From Alkalispirochaeta sp. (GTDB lineage: Bacteria > Spirochaetota > Spirochaetia > DSM-27196 > Alkalispirochaetaceae), in the NCBI GenBank assembly GCA_965601925.1, contig OZ271854.1:544001-608000 (forward strand): 64,000 nucleotides of DNA. Direction: 5' to 3'. This document shows, piece after piece, positions 30,376 to 39,765 of this stretch. A program made the position numbers and the translations under genes. Below the pieces are notes generated by a model, which worked only from the letters and a program-made list of their open reading frames with translations, was not told where the DNA came from and searched no databases. Numbering within the stretch: the stretch's first letter is position 1; every line of letters begins with the position of its first letter.

Positions 30376-31344
30376 ATGAGTTCCAAACCTGCGCTACTCA
30401 AACGGCACGACTCGGCGATCTGGGAGAGCATCGGGATTCTCCCGATACTGGTGATCATCGTCGCGCTGTTTGCAATACTCAACGGAAACTTTCTGCGGGC
30501 GAACAATCTCCTAAACATTCTCAGGCAAGCGTCGATTAACATCGTGTTGGCGGCGGGAATGACGTTGGTGATTCTCACCGGCCGGATCGATCTATCGGTG
30601 GGATCGATTCTCGCGACGACGGCGGTCGTCGGGCTTCTGGTATCGCTCAATCCGGCGTTGCAGGGCTTCACGATTATCATTCCACTTCTGACGGGACTCC
30701 TCCTCGGCGTGATCAACGGCGTCCTCATCGCCTACGTAAAACTACCCTTCTTCATCGTCGTCCTCGGTAGCATGACCGCGTTGCGGGGTGCGTCGTATCT
30801 GCTCGCAAACGGCACGACGCTGATCAACAACGATCTCAACTTTGCATGGATCGGAAACGCCGGATTGGGGCAACTGCCGTGGTTGGTCATCATCGCCCTC
30901 GCCGTTGTCGGGATCGTATGGTTCGTGCTGCGCAAGACGGTGCTCGGGGTGCACATCTACGCGGTGGGCGGCAACGCGCAGGCGGCGCGCCTCACCGGTA
31001 TCGACGTGGGCTTCGTGATCGTCTTCGTCTATGCGATGAGCGGACTCCTATCGGGCCTCGCGGGTGTCATGACCGCAAGCCGCCTCTACTCAGCATCGGG
31101 ACTGCTGGGAAACGGGAACGAGCTCGACGCGATCGCATCGGTCATTCTCGGCGGCACGAGCATCCTCGGCGGGAGCGGAAGCGTCGTGGGAACGCTGGTA
31201 GGAGCGCTCATCATCGCCGTCCTCAACAACGGCCTGACGCTGATGAACGTATCGTTTTTTTGGCAGTTGGTAGTGCGCGGCGTGGTCATCGTCTTGGCGG
31301 TGCTGATCGAACGGTTCCGCCACCGCCTCACGCGCATAGCGTGA
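30376..31344 (+). CDS. Sugar ABC transporter permease (RbsC-like)
   Basis: 'GMTLVILTGRIDLSVG', 'YAVGGNAQAARLTG', 'ELDAIASVILGGTS'. Confidence 0.95.
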   Translation: MSSKPALLKRHDSAIWESIGILPILVIIVALFAILNGNFLRANNLLNILRQASINIVLAAGMTLVILTGRIDLSVGSILATTAVVGLLVSLNPALQGFTIIIPLLTGLLLGVINGVLIAYVKLPFFIVVLGSMTALRGASYLLANGTTLINNDLNFAWIGNAGLGQLPWLVIIALAVVGIVWFVLRKTVLGVHIYAVGGNAQAARLTGIDVGFVIVFVYAMSGLLSGLAGVMTASRLYSASGLLGNGNELDAIASVILGGTSILGGSGSVVGTLVGALIIAVLNNGLTLMNVSFFWQLVVRGVVIVLAVLIERFRHRLTRIA

Positions 31345-31383
31345 GACGCCGACGACCCGGGATCGCCGGCGTCGCGCGTGCCG

Positions 31384-31695
31384 TTAGGTAAACTTGACCG
31401 CCGTACCGTATACCATGACTTCCGCCGCGCCCTGCAGAATGGAGCTTGTTGCGTAGCGTACGTTGATGACCGCGTCCGCTCCCTCCCGTTGGGCCTCCTC
31501 GACCATGCGTTGCGTCGCCGTCGCGCGCGCTTCGTTGATCATATCGGAATACGCGCGTAGCTCGCCGCCGATGATCGTCTTGAGGCCGCTCATGATGTCG
31601 CGCCCGATATGCTTGGACTGAATCATGGAGCCCTTGACCAGCCCTATCGTCTCCAACGTCTTACCGCTGACAAAATCGGTATTCACAAGAATCAT
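31384..31695 (-). CDS. YbjQ/UPF0145 family protein
   Basis: C-terminal part of ORF 31384..32337: 'GLVKGS..HIGRDIMSGLKTIIGGELRAY..GADAVINVRY..YGTAVK'. GGAGG RBS before ATG 31695. Confidence 0.9.
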   Translation of the reverse strand: MILVNTDFVSGKTLETIGLVKGSMIQSKHIGRDIMSGLKTIIGGELRAYSDMINEARATATQRMVEEAQREGADAVINVRYATSSILQGAAEVMVYGTAVKFT

Positions 31696-31877
31696 GCAAG
31701 CCCCTCCGTTAAATGGCCGTACGAGACGTCGTGCGGCCGTCGTCTCGCTACAAATACGGCTGCAGTCTATCGCCCTGCCGCCGGTTCGACAATCGTACCG
31801 CCGAACTACGCCGATCGCACCGTTGAGGTCGCCGGTGCCGGGCGCATGCGACGGGTAAATCGTGCTACGCTGTCGGT

Positions 31878-32582
31878 ATGAAAGGCCGCCTATCGCCGGT
31901 GGTAACCGGATCTTTGTCGGTGTTGCTATGCGTCTCGGCGTTGGTATTCGTCCAACCGGCCGGAGCCGGACAACCGGCGTTCGACGCAAACACGATTCCC
32001 GAAGGACGATCGATCGCGGTCTTTGCGGGAGGCTGCTTTTGGTGCATGGAGCCGCCCTTCGATGCGTTGGACGGTGTCGAGGAGACGATCGTCGGCTACA
32101 CCGGCGGCCACTACGAGCGCCCGTCGTATCGAATCGTCGCCCACACCGACACCGGCCACTACGAGGCGGTCCTCGTCGTCTTCGACCCGTCGCGCGTCTC
32201 ATATGAGGAACTACTGGAAGTGTTTTGGATAAATGTGAATCCCGTCGACTCCACGGGGCAGTTCTGCGATCGCGGCGATAGTTATCGGAGCGCGATCTTC
32301 GCCGCCGATGCGGCGCAGGCGGACGCTGCCGATGCAACGCGACGAGCCCTCGATACCTCGGGCCATCTCTTATCGTACGATCGCCCGATTGCCACCGCCG
32401 TCTTACCGTTGTCGACGTTTTGGGTCGCCGAAGAGTATCACCAGGACTACTATCTGAACCACTCGTTCAATTATCGCTACTATCGCAGTCGCTGCGGCCG
32501 CGACGACCGGCTGGAGGCGCTGTGGGGTCCCGAGGATGGGCGCCGCACCCTCATTCGTCGTCTGATCGAGTCCGAGCGGTAG
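31878..32582 (+). CDS. msrA: Peptide-methionine (S)-S-oxide reductase with signal peptide
   Basis: 'FAGGCFWCME', 'GYTGG', 'GHYEAV', 'GQFCDRGDSYRSAIF', 'AEEYHQDYY'. Confidence 0.95.
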   Translation: MKGRLSPVVTGSLSVLLCVSALVFVQPAGAGQPAFDANTIPEGRSIAVFAGGCFWCMEPPFDALDGVEETIVGYTGGHYERPSYRIVAHTDTGHYEAVLVVFDPSRVSYEELLEVFWINVNPVDSTGQFCDRGDSYRSAIFAADAAQADAADATRRALDTSGHLLSYDRPIATAVLPLSTFWVAEEYHQDYYLNHSFNYRYYRSRCGRDDRLEALWGPEDGRRTLIRRLIESER

Positions 32583-32683
32583 CCGCGGCGCAACTCATCG
32601 ATAGCCGCCGACCTCGGCGGGCGCCGACAACACCGACTCCGAGAAGGGGACGATCGTTCAAGCCGGCTTTTCTGCCTATCCGA

Positions 32684-34816
32684 TCACACCCGGAAGCGTT
32701 CTACCGAAGTACCGAGACGGTCCACCTGGTGAGATAGAGACTGCGTGAGCCGTTGGACTTCATCGATTGCGGTACTGACTTCCGAATTCCCGGCATCAAT
32801 TTCGGCCATTCGATCGGCCGCCGAGGCGAGCTGATCGGCAATCGCTTTGAGGTTGTCCACGACGACCCGGATCGAATGCTTCATGTGCTCCTCCGAGTCT
32901 CTGACTTTCGAGGCGGCAGCGGTGAGCTCGGCTATCGCGGTGAGGACCTCGTTGCCTCCGATCGACATCTCCTTCGCGGTCTGTTCGAGCTCCGAGTACG
33001 CGCGATAGTTCTCTTCCGCATTGTGGGCTACCTGCTCGAAAGTCTCGGAGCCGGCCCTCGCCAATTGGGTCGCAGATTCGATGCGTGCGGTTATCTCGCT
33101 GAGGATTTCCTGAATTCGAGTCGAGTTTCCCGCGGAATCCTCGGCGAGTTTGCGGATCTCGTCCGCCACAACGGCGAACCCTTTACCGGCGTCGCCGGCA
33201 TGAGCCGCCTCTATCGCAGCGTTCATTGAGAGAAGATTGGTTTGACTCGTAATGCCGGTTATGACTTCCGTGATTTCGGTGATTTGACCGGCAAAGCTGG
33301 CGACCTCTTCGATCATGGTTCTGGTTTCAGCGGCGCCCTCGTCGCCTTTTCGGGCCGCGTTCATCAGAGCCTCGGTATCGCCGCGACGAGCGCTCACGAT
33401 GCTCGCGACGTTTGTCAGGCTCGAGACGATCTGTTCAACGCTGGCCGTGGATTCCTCGGTCATGGCGGTCTGATCCTGCACGTGGTCGTCCAGCTCTTGT
33501 ACGGCGACCGTAATCTCCTCGATCTCATGCAGCGCCTCTCGGACGCGCTCGTTGATGCCGTCGACGTCCTTTCGCACCGCCGCGGTATTCTTGGCCATGT
33601 TTCGCCCGCTCACCGAGGTTTGTTCCGCGGTCGAGGCAAGACTGTTGATCGAGTTCCCCGCCGCGGTCGTGACTTCCTTGATTGCGACGACGTTGGCACG
33701 CTGGTTGTCGCTCATCTGCTGCATCGAGCCCGCGAGGTTGTCCCCGTGGTCTACGCCCAGATCGGTCGTCGTCAGATCACCTTCGGCAATGCGTCGCGCG
33801 AGGGTCCGAAGCGCCGCCGGGTCGGCGCCGAGCTGCGTAAGAATCGAGCGGGTGAGCACAAACGCCGCGGCCAGTCCGATGAGCAGGGCCGTCGCTCCCG
33901 CAATCTGCGAGAAAAGGCGTGCCCGCGAAGCCCGCATCGCGATCACGCCGCGAAGCTCCTCCAAATCGTCGGAGATTCCGAGGGCCAGGTCCTCGGAAAG
34001 GGCGTCGATCCGCGAAAGGGCGGGGAAAATCACCTCATCGTCAAGCCGGTTCCGCGTGATTATTGCTTCGCCCACGTCATCGAGCGCATCGAAATATTGA
34101 TCACTACCGGATCGGACCTGCGCGAGAATCGCTCGCCGCCGGGGGTTCTGAAGGTCTCTATCGAGGGCGTCGAGCTGTCGGACGAGCTCGGCAAACTCCG
34201 TCGTCGACTCCTCAAGATCGCTTTGCCTGTTGTTCACGAGGAACTTGTTTACCGCGAGACGCCCCCTCAAGAGGTGTCGCAACGCGAGGGCGGCTTCGTA
34301 GGCGGCAACGAGGTCGCCGTCGGCTTCCGCCGACACCAAGATCTCCGTGAGCAGTGCGTCGATCCTCGGGCCAACCACGTCCATGGTATTGAATACAATG
34401 TCGTCCCTTCGCGCCACCGCCGCGAGAAGCTCCGGTTTGACCTCTTGGAAGCGGTCGACAAGCGTGATCATCTCCCGCACCCCTTCGATACGCTCGGGAT
34501 CGGAAATAGCCCCCTCGAGTTCGTCGAGCAGCTGTTCTTCTCGCTCTCCGAGCCGATCCATCTCGGCGATGCTCTCACTCACGTAATCCGGGTCCAGGCG
34601 AGCACCGTGATTCGTCACGAAATCGGTAAATATTCGGTCTTGAGTGAGGACGGCGGTCTGAAGCTGGACGGCTAATCGCTCATCGACGATGAGATCGCCC
34701 AACACTGCGAGATCCCGACCGGTTTGCACTTGCAAGATCACATTCGAAACGATTGACACTAAAAACGGCGCGATTACTACGGCGAACCCAACAACGATTC
34801 GTGTCCTAAGTTTCAT
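32684..34816 (-). CDS. Methyl-accepting chemotaxis protein with large helical periplasmic sensor
   Basis: Two TM segments and 'ITSQTNLLSMNAAIEAAHAGDAGKGFAVVADEIRKLAE'. Confidence 0.93.
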   Translation of the reverse strand: MKLRTRIVVGFAVVIAPFLVSIVSNVILQVQTGRDLAVLGDLIVDERLAVQLQTAVLTQDRIFTDFVTNHGARLDPDYVSESIAEMDRLGEREEQLLDELEGAISDPERIEGVREMITLVDRFQEVKPELLAAVARRDDIVFNTMDVVGPRIDALLTEILVSAEADGDLVAAYEAALALRHLLRGRLAVNKFLVNNRQSDLEESTTEFAELVRQLDALDRDLQNPRRRAILAQVRSGSDQYFDALDDVGEAIITRNRLDDEVIFPALSRIDALSEDLALGISDDLEELRGVIAMRASRARLFSQIAGATALLIGLAAAFVLTRSILTQLGADPAALRTLARRIAEGDLTTTDLGVDHGDNLAGSMQQMSDNQRANVVAIKEVTTAAGNSINSLASTAEQTSVSGRNMAKNTAAVRKDVDGINERVREALHEIEEITVAVQELDDHVQDQTAMTEESTASVEQIVSSLTNVASIVSARRGDTEALMNAARKGDEGAAETRTMIEEVASFAGQITEITEVITGITSQTNLLSMNAAIEAAHAGDAGKGFAVVADEIRKLAEDSAGNSTRIQEILSEITARIESATQLARAGSETFEQVAHNAEENYRAYSELEQTAKEMSIGGNEVLTAIAELTAAASKVRDSEEHMKHSIRVVVDNLKAIADQLASAADRMAEIDAGNSEVSTAIDEVQRLTQSLSHQVDRLGTSVERFRV

Positions 34817-35311
34817 AACGAGCCAAACGTAACGTCAAAGGGGTGGCGAAAACAATTCTCGAAGCTTATCGTTATAGAATATAACCGAATTTTTATAAAC
34901 AAAAATAGCATATTATGCCGCATTTTTTTATATCTATCGATAAATATACATAACAACCTCGGTGCTTCGGTGCAAATACGCGCCGTCCAGATTGCGCCGA
35001 CAAACTGCCGTACGTGCACCCCCGACAGCCACTATCCGGCCCGGTGTAGGCGACACGTGGGCCCAATCGGTAGTTGGGAACCGGCCTCGCGAGACTCGAA
35101 AAGCCCCCTTGCAGCGTCGCGGGGCATGAGGCGCTACGGGATCGGCGTGCCGCCTCAAGCTTCCCGGTGACGACGAAAAGTCGCATTTCCGGACCGCGCA
35201 GGACATTGACCCGACGGCGGCCGTCCATCTACCCTGCCTCATGGTCCATGAGTCGACAACGACCTCGCGGCGACGATCGAATACGTATCGGCAAGACGGC
35301 GCGGCGGTGCG

Positions 35312-36802
35312 ATGACGCAGTACTCGGAAGACGCCGTACCGCTCGCTCCGCGTATCCTCCTCGTGGAAGACGATCCCCTGTGGGCGTTCAATACCAAGAC
35401 GGCGTTGGATGCGTTGGGATACCGCGTGCACTACGTTCTCGAAGCGGAGGAGGCGCTACGGAGTATCGAGACGTTTGCGCCGGATACGCTTCTCATCGAT
35501 ATCGATCTCGGCCCCACCTCGGACGGTCCCGGGCTGGCGTGTACCATTGCGAGGGAACGGCCGGATATGCCGATCGTCTTTTTTTCCGCCCACGTCGACG
35601 AACGCACCGTGGAACGTGTCGCCGGCATCGACCACTACGGCTACGTGACCAAGGAAGCGGGGCCGTACGTATTGGACCAAATGTTGCGAATGGCACTCAG
35701 ACTCTCTGCGGCGCGGCGAGGAAAACGGGAGAGCGACGATCTCTTTCAGAGCGTCGTCGAAGAGAGCACCGACGGTATAGCTATGAGCGACGAAGAGGGA
35801 CGTCAGATCCTTTGGAACCGCGCCGCCGCGGAACTAACGGGCATCCCGGGGACCGAAGCGCTCGGCCTGGCGGTATGGGACACCTTTGAACGACTCGTAC
35901 CGGATACGGGCCCCGGGAGGCGCTCGGGGCGATACGAGGCGGTGGTCAGGGCGTGGCTCAAACGGGGAGTCCCTACCGAGGTTACGCGTCCGCGCATCGT
36001 CACCATTCGACACGGCGACGGCATCTCGAGGCGCGTCGAACAGCGTATCTTTCCCATACCGGGTGAGCGAGGCCTCCGTCTCGGGGCGCTGATCAGAGAC
36101 GTCACGCGCCGAGTCGAGGCCGAAGAGAAGGTTCGCGCACTCTTGCGGGAGCAGACCGAGTTGCTAAGGGAGTCGCATGAACGCATCCGCGTCGATCTGG
36201 ATCTCGTTCGCTCGCTTCTCACCGTTCAACGCTTCCAATCGCACGACGCACAAACGCAAGGGGCGCTCTACGACGCCGAGCAGCACATTACGCTGCTCAG
36301 CCGCGTCTACGATCGGATGTATCGCAGCGAGGACATTACCTCGATTCCTCTCGAACGGCTCATGGACGATCTCATCGCCGATCTACAGAGACAGCGTCAC
36401 GGCGTGCGGTCCGGAGGTGACGGTTCCCGGCGGGACGGATCAAACGGTTCTTCGACGGGACCGACGGTCTCGCTCAACGTCGAACGAGTCGCGGTTGCGC
36501 GACGCTTTTGTCTACCCGTCGCGCTCATCGCGTGGTTACTCGTCGACAATGTACTCGCCCGTACTCCCGGTGCCGGCGCCGTAGGAGCGGTTACGGTATA
36601 CGTCGGCAAACTGGGAGAGGACTGGTTGGAACTGGTCGTCTCCTACGATGGAGACGATCTCAGGCCGCAGGATACGGTAGAGGGCCGGGCGAGATTCGAC
36701 ATCGAGCTGGTAGCGACCCTCGCCGAACAACTGAACGGCGCGATGACCGTCGAGAGCGGCGGCGCCTCGATTCGTATCACGCTGCAGCTCCCCGGGACGT
36801 GA
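35312..36802 (+). CDS. Receiver-PAS-HisKA_2-like signalling protein with degenerate kinase motifs
   Basis: REC 'ILLVEDD..LIDIDL..FFSAH..GYVTK', PAS 'LWNRAAAELTG', H-box-like 'LLRESHERIR'. Confidence 0.8.
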   Translation: MTQYSEDAVPLAPRILLVEDDPLWAFNTKTALDALGYRVHYVLEAEEALRSIETFAPDTLLIDIDLGPTSDGPGLACTIARERPDMPIVFFSAHVDERTVERVAGIDHYGYVTKEAGPYVLDQMLRMALRLSAARRGKRESDDLFQSVVEESTDGIAMSDEEGRQILWNRAAAELTGIPGTEALGLAVWDTFERLVPDTGPGRRSGRYEAVVRAWLKRGVPTEVTRPRIVTIRHGDGISRRVEQRIFPIPGERGLRLGALIRDVTRRVEAEEKVRALLREQTELLRESHERIRVDLDLVRSLLTVQRFQSHDAQTQGALYDAEQHITLLSRVYDRMYRSEDITSIPLERLMDDLIADLQRQRHGVRSGGDGSRRDGSNGSSTGPTVSLNVERVAVARRFCLPVALIAWLLVDNVLARTPGAGAVGAVTVYVGKLGEDWLELVVSYDGDDLRPQDTVEGRARFDIELVATLAEQLNGAMTVESGGASIRITLQLPGT

Positions 36803-36919
36803 CGGCCTTACGCAGGGGCGATAACGCTCTCCGAGGCGAGGTCGGTCCGCGGTTGCCCACCTGAACTTTCTTGCTCACCGAGCACACCGACGCTATAATG
36901 CGTCCATCCGGAGGTACTA

Positions 36920-37435
36920 TTGAACGCAATCAAGACGGTAGCGGAGCTGATGGAGGTATCCGCCGTCACCGCTCCTAAGGCGGTGGGGCGTAACTACGTC
37001 GTGACCGCCACGATCGAAGGTGACGAGCTGCAGCGTCTGGCACAACGGATGATCGAGTACGGAAAAGAGAGCGGCAAGAAGAATTTCGACCGTGACGGCG
37101 CCAATCTGGCGGCCTCCGAGGCGGTCTTACTGATCGGTCTCAAAGATGCTCTCCCGCCGGGGATCGATTGCGCCGCATGCGGACACCCGGTCTGCATCTC
37201 GATCAACGACGGCGAGCGGAACGGGGAGTTTCTCGGCCCTCAGTGCGCGGTCCGTCTTCTTGACATGGGCATCGCCATCGGGAGCGCAGTCAAAACGGCG
37301 CAGATGCTCAACGTCGACAATCGCATCATGTACCGCATCGGCGTCGCGGCGCGACAGCTCGATATGATCGACGCCGACTTTGTCATGGGAGTACCCCTAT
37401 CGGTAACGGGTAAGAGTATTTACTACGATCGCTGA
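36920..37435 (+). CDS. DUF2148 / ferredoxin-like domain protein
   Basis: 'AVTAPKAVG', 'DCAACGHPVC', 'GPQC..DMGIAIGSA..VDNRIMYRIG', 'PLSVTGKSIYYDR'. Confidence 0.8.
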   Translation: MNAIKTVAELMEVSAVTAPKAVGRNYVVTATIEGDELQRLAQRMIEYGKESGKKNFDRDGANLAASEAVLLIGLKDALPPGIDCAACGHPVCISINDGERNGEFLGPQCAVRLLDMGIAIGSAVKTAQMLNVDNRIMYRIGVAARQLDMIDADFVMGVPLSVTGKSIYYDR

Positions 37436-37451
37436 CGGCCGCCGGTACCTA

Positions 37452-38156
37452 CTAAGCTACTTCGCCGGCGGACGGTTCCGACGCACCCTTGGGACCTCGT
37501 AACAGTCGGACGCCCAAGTACACAAACGGCGTGTCCAACAGCGCCATCAAAACCTTGAGCAGCCAGTACGGGGGCACCATGCTTCCCAGCACGAAGGCGA
37601 GCGTGAATTGCTCTCCGACGCCCCAAAAGGCGATCAGCATAAAGACGACCGTGTCGATGAGCTGACTGACCATCGTCGATGCGTTGTTGCGCAGCCACAG
37701 CATTCGACCCTGGGTCGCTCGCTTCCACGCTTCGAATGCCCACACATCGTGGGCCTGCGAGAGGGCAAATGCAACGATACTCGCCGCGGTGATACGCAGG
37801 GAGTTCCGAAATATCGTCCGATACGCCTCGTCGTTCGCGGCGAACCGATCGGCAGGCGGAAGTACGGTGGCAACGGCGGTCACGGCAAATACCAAAAGCA
37901 GCACGACGATGGTGGACCAGATGAGCGATCTGATCGCCTTCCCGCCCCAAATCTCCGCCATGATATCGGTCACCAAAAAAGAGAGCGGAAAGAGAAAGAT
38001 CCCCACGGAACCCGTGAACTGAAACCCCCGAATCGTGAAAAAGGGTATCACCTTGGTCCCCATCAGATTGACCGCGACGATCGAACCGATGAAGAGCGCC
38101 GAGAGATAGGTATATGCTCGCGGGTGCGGCCCGCTCTTGCCGTCAATGCTCATCAT
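37452..38156 (-). CDS. Queuosine precursor transporter (YhhQ/VUT family)
   Basis: 'FPLSFLVTDIMAEIWG', 'ASIVAFALSQAHD', 'LWLRNNASTMVSQLIDT', 'DTPFVY'. Confidence 0.9.
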   Translation of the reverse strand: MMSIDGKSGPHPRAYTYLSALFIGSIVAVNLMGTKVIPFFTIRGFQFTGSVGIFLFPLSFLVTDIMAEIWGGKAIRSLIWSTIVVLLLVFAVTAVATVLPPADRFAANDEAYRTIFRNSLRITAASIVAFALSQAHDVWAFEAWKRATQGRMLWLRNNASTMVSQLIDTVVFMLIAFWGVGEQFTLAFVLGSMVPPYWLLKVLMALLDTPFVYLGVRLLRGPKGASEPSAGEVA

Positions 38157-38248
38157 GATTCACGCATACTATTCGATGTGCCGAGTAGCGGCAAGTAAAG
38201 CCGATTGTCTTGACCAACGACCACGAGCGACGCACTATCGAGAGACAC

Positions 38249-39691
38249 ATGCTCCTTGCAATCGTCATCACCGTCGCGCAAATCTTAGGGGTCCTGTCGT
38301 CGATCTCGGCGCTCTTTACCGCTCGCACCTCGCAGGGAGCGATCGCCTGGATCGTATCGTTGGTGACGTTCCCCTATTTGGCGGTACCGGCGTACTGGAT
38401 CTTCGGCAGAACGCGGTTCAACGGATATGTGCAGTCGCGCAAGGCCGTCGACGCGCAACTGAAGGACCGTGTGGGCGAGTTGCGAACCTCCTTGGAACGC
38501 TGGCGCCGCCCCTTGTCCGACGACACGAACGGCCTCGAGGCGGCGGAATCGATCGCCAAAATCCCCTTCACCTTCGGCAACACGGTCGAACTGTTGATCA
38601 ACGGACCTCAGGCGTTCGAGCGCATGTTCGACGCGATAGGGCGCGCACAGCGCTACGTCCTCATTCAATTCTACATCCTACGAGCCGATCGTTTCGGGCA
38701 GGAACTCAAGGAGCTGCTCCTCGCAACGGCCGCGCGGGGCGTACGGATCTACTTTCTCTTTGACGAGATCGGAAGTTATAGACTCCCCCTCTCTTTCGCG
38801 CGCGAGTTGCGACTGGGTGGGGTGCGTATACACCCCTTCTCCTCCACGCGCGGGCGTCGCAACCGTTTTCAACTCAACTTTCGCAACCATCGCAAGGTAC
38901 TCATCGTCGACGGGGTCGACGGGTACGTCGGCGGGCTCAACATCGGAGAGGAGTATCTGGGGCTGAGTGAGAAGTTCGGTCGGTGGCGCGACACGCACTT
39001 GCGCCTCCGGGGTCCGGCGTTGGTCGGGCTGCAACTGCCCTTTGTCGAGGACTGGCATTGGGCGACCGGCGAGCATCTCGATCTCGACTGGACGCGGTGC
39101 ATACAGGCGGCAACATCGGGAATCGCGTCGGTGGACTCCTCCGACTCCACCGCATTGGTCTTGCCCTCGGGGCCGGCCGACGAGTATCCCACTGCGGGCC
39201 TCATGATACAAAATGCGATTCACTCGGCGAGGACGCGCCTGTGGATTGCAAGCCCGTACTTCGTCCCCGACGAGGCGGTGCAAGATGCACTTCTACTCGC
39301 GGCGATGCGGGGCGTGGACGTGCGTATTCTCATTCCCGACCGACCGGACCATACGTTGGTGTATCTCTCGGCGTTCGCTTTTGTGGGCGCGATGCTTCGC
39401 GGCGGCGTCAAAATCTATCGCTATCTTCCGGCGTTTCTCCACGAGAAGGTCTTTCTGGTGGACGACGAAGTGTCGGGAGTGGGAACGGTGAACCTCGACA
39501 ATCGGTCGTTTCGGCTCAACTTCGAGATTACCGCACTCATTATCGCCGAGAACTTCGCGCGAAACGTCCAGCAGATGTTCATTCACGATTTCGAGCGCTC
39601 CCGGGAGATGACCGTTGAAGAGGTCGACCGGATGCCGATTTGGCTCCGCGGCGCCTCGCGACTGGCGTACCTCTTTGCGCCGATACAGTAG
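38249..39691 (+). CDS. cls: Cardiolipin synthase
   Basis: Two N-terminal TM segments and two HKD motifs, 'NHRKVLIVDG' and 'HEKVFLVDD..GTVNLDNRSF'. Also 'SPYFVP'. Start is 38249 or 38210. Confidence 0.93.
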   Translation: MLLAIVITVAQILGVLSSISALFTARTSQGAIAWIVSLVTFPYLAVPAYWIFGRTRFNGYVQSRKAVDAQLKDRVGELRTSLERWRRPLSDDTNGLEAAESIAKIPFTFGNTVELLINGPQAFERMFDAIGRAQRYVLIQFYILRADRFGQELKELLLATAARGVRIYFLFDEIGSYRLPLSFARELRLGGVRIHPFSSTRGRRNRFQLNFRNHRKVLIVDGVDGYVGGLNIGEEYLGLSEKFGRWRDTHLRLRGPALVGLQLPFVEDWHWATGEHLDLDWTRCIQAATSGIASVDSSDSTALVLPSGPADEYPTAGLMIQNAIHSARTRLWIASPYFVPDEAVQDALLLAAMRGVDVRILIPDRPDHTLVYLSAFAFVGAMLRGGVKIYRYLPAFLHEKVFLVDDEVSGVGTVNLDNRSFRLNFEITALIIAENFARNVQQMFIHDFERSREMTVEEVDRMPIWLRGASRLAYLFAPIQ

Positions 39692-39765
39692 TGAGCCGGA
39701 AGGACCGGCGTGCGGGATCGTTCGGCGCCTCGTAACGCCGCTCGGTGTTCTGATATGATCGCGCT

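Noticed and set aside
31696..32337. Arg-rich extension of the YbjQ ORF
   Set aside because: Largely antisense to msrA; a good RBS supports ATG 31695.
34820..34960. Sigma28 promoter or foreign island in the AT-rich stretch before the MCP
   Set aside because: The ACGATAA match has poor TAAA spacing; the stretch is short and consistent with an ordinary promoter region.
38157..38200. preQ1 riboswitch ahead of the queuosine precursor transporter
   Set aside because: No preQ1 motif. A TTGCCG-17-TAGTAT promoter sits about 9 nt from the start, leaving no room.
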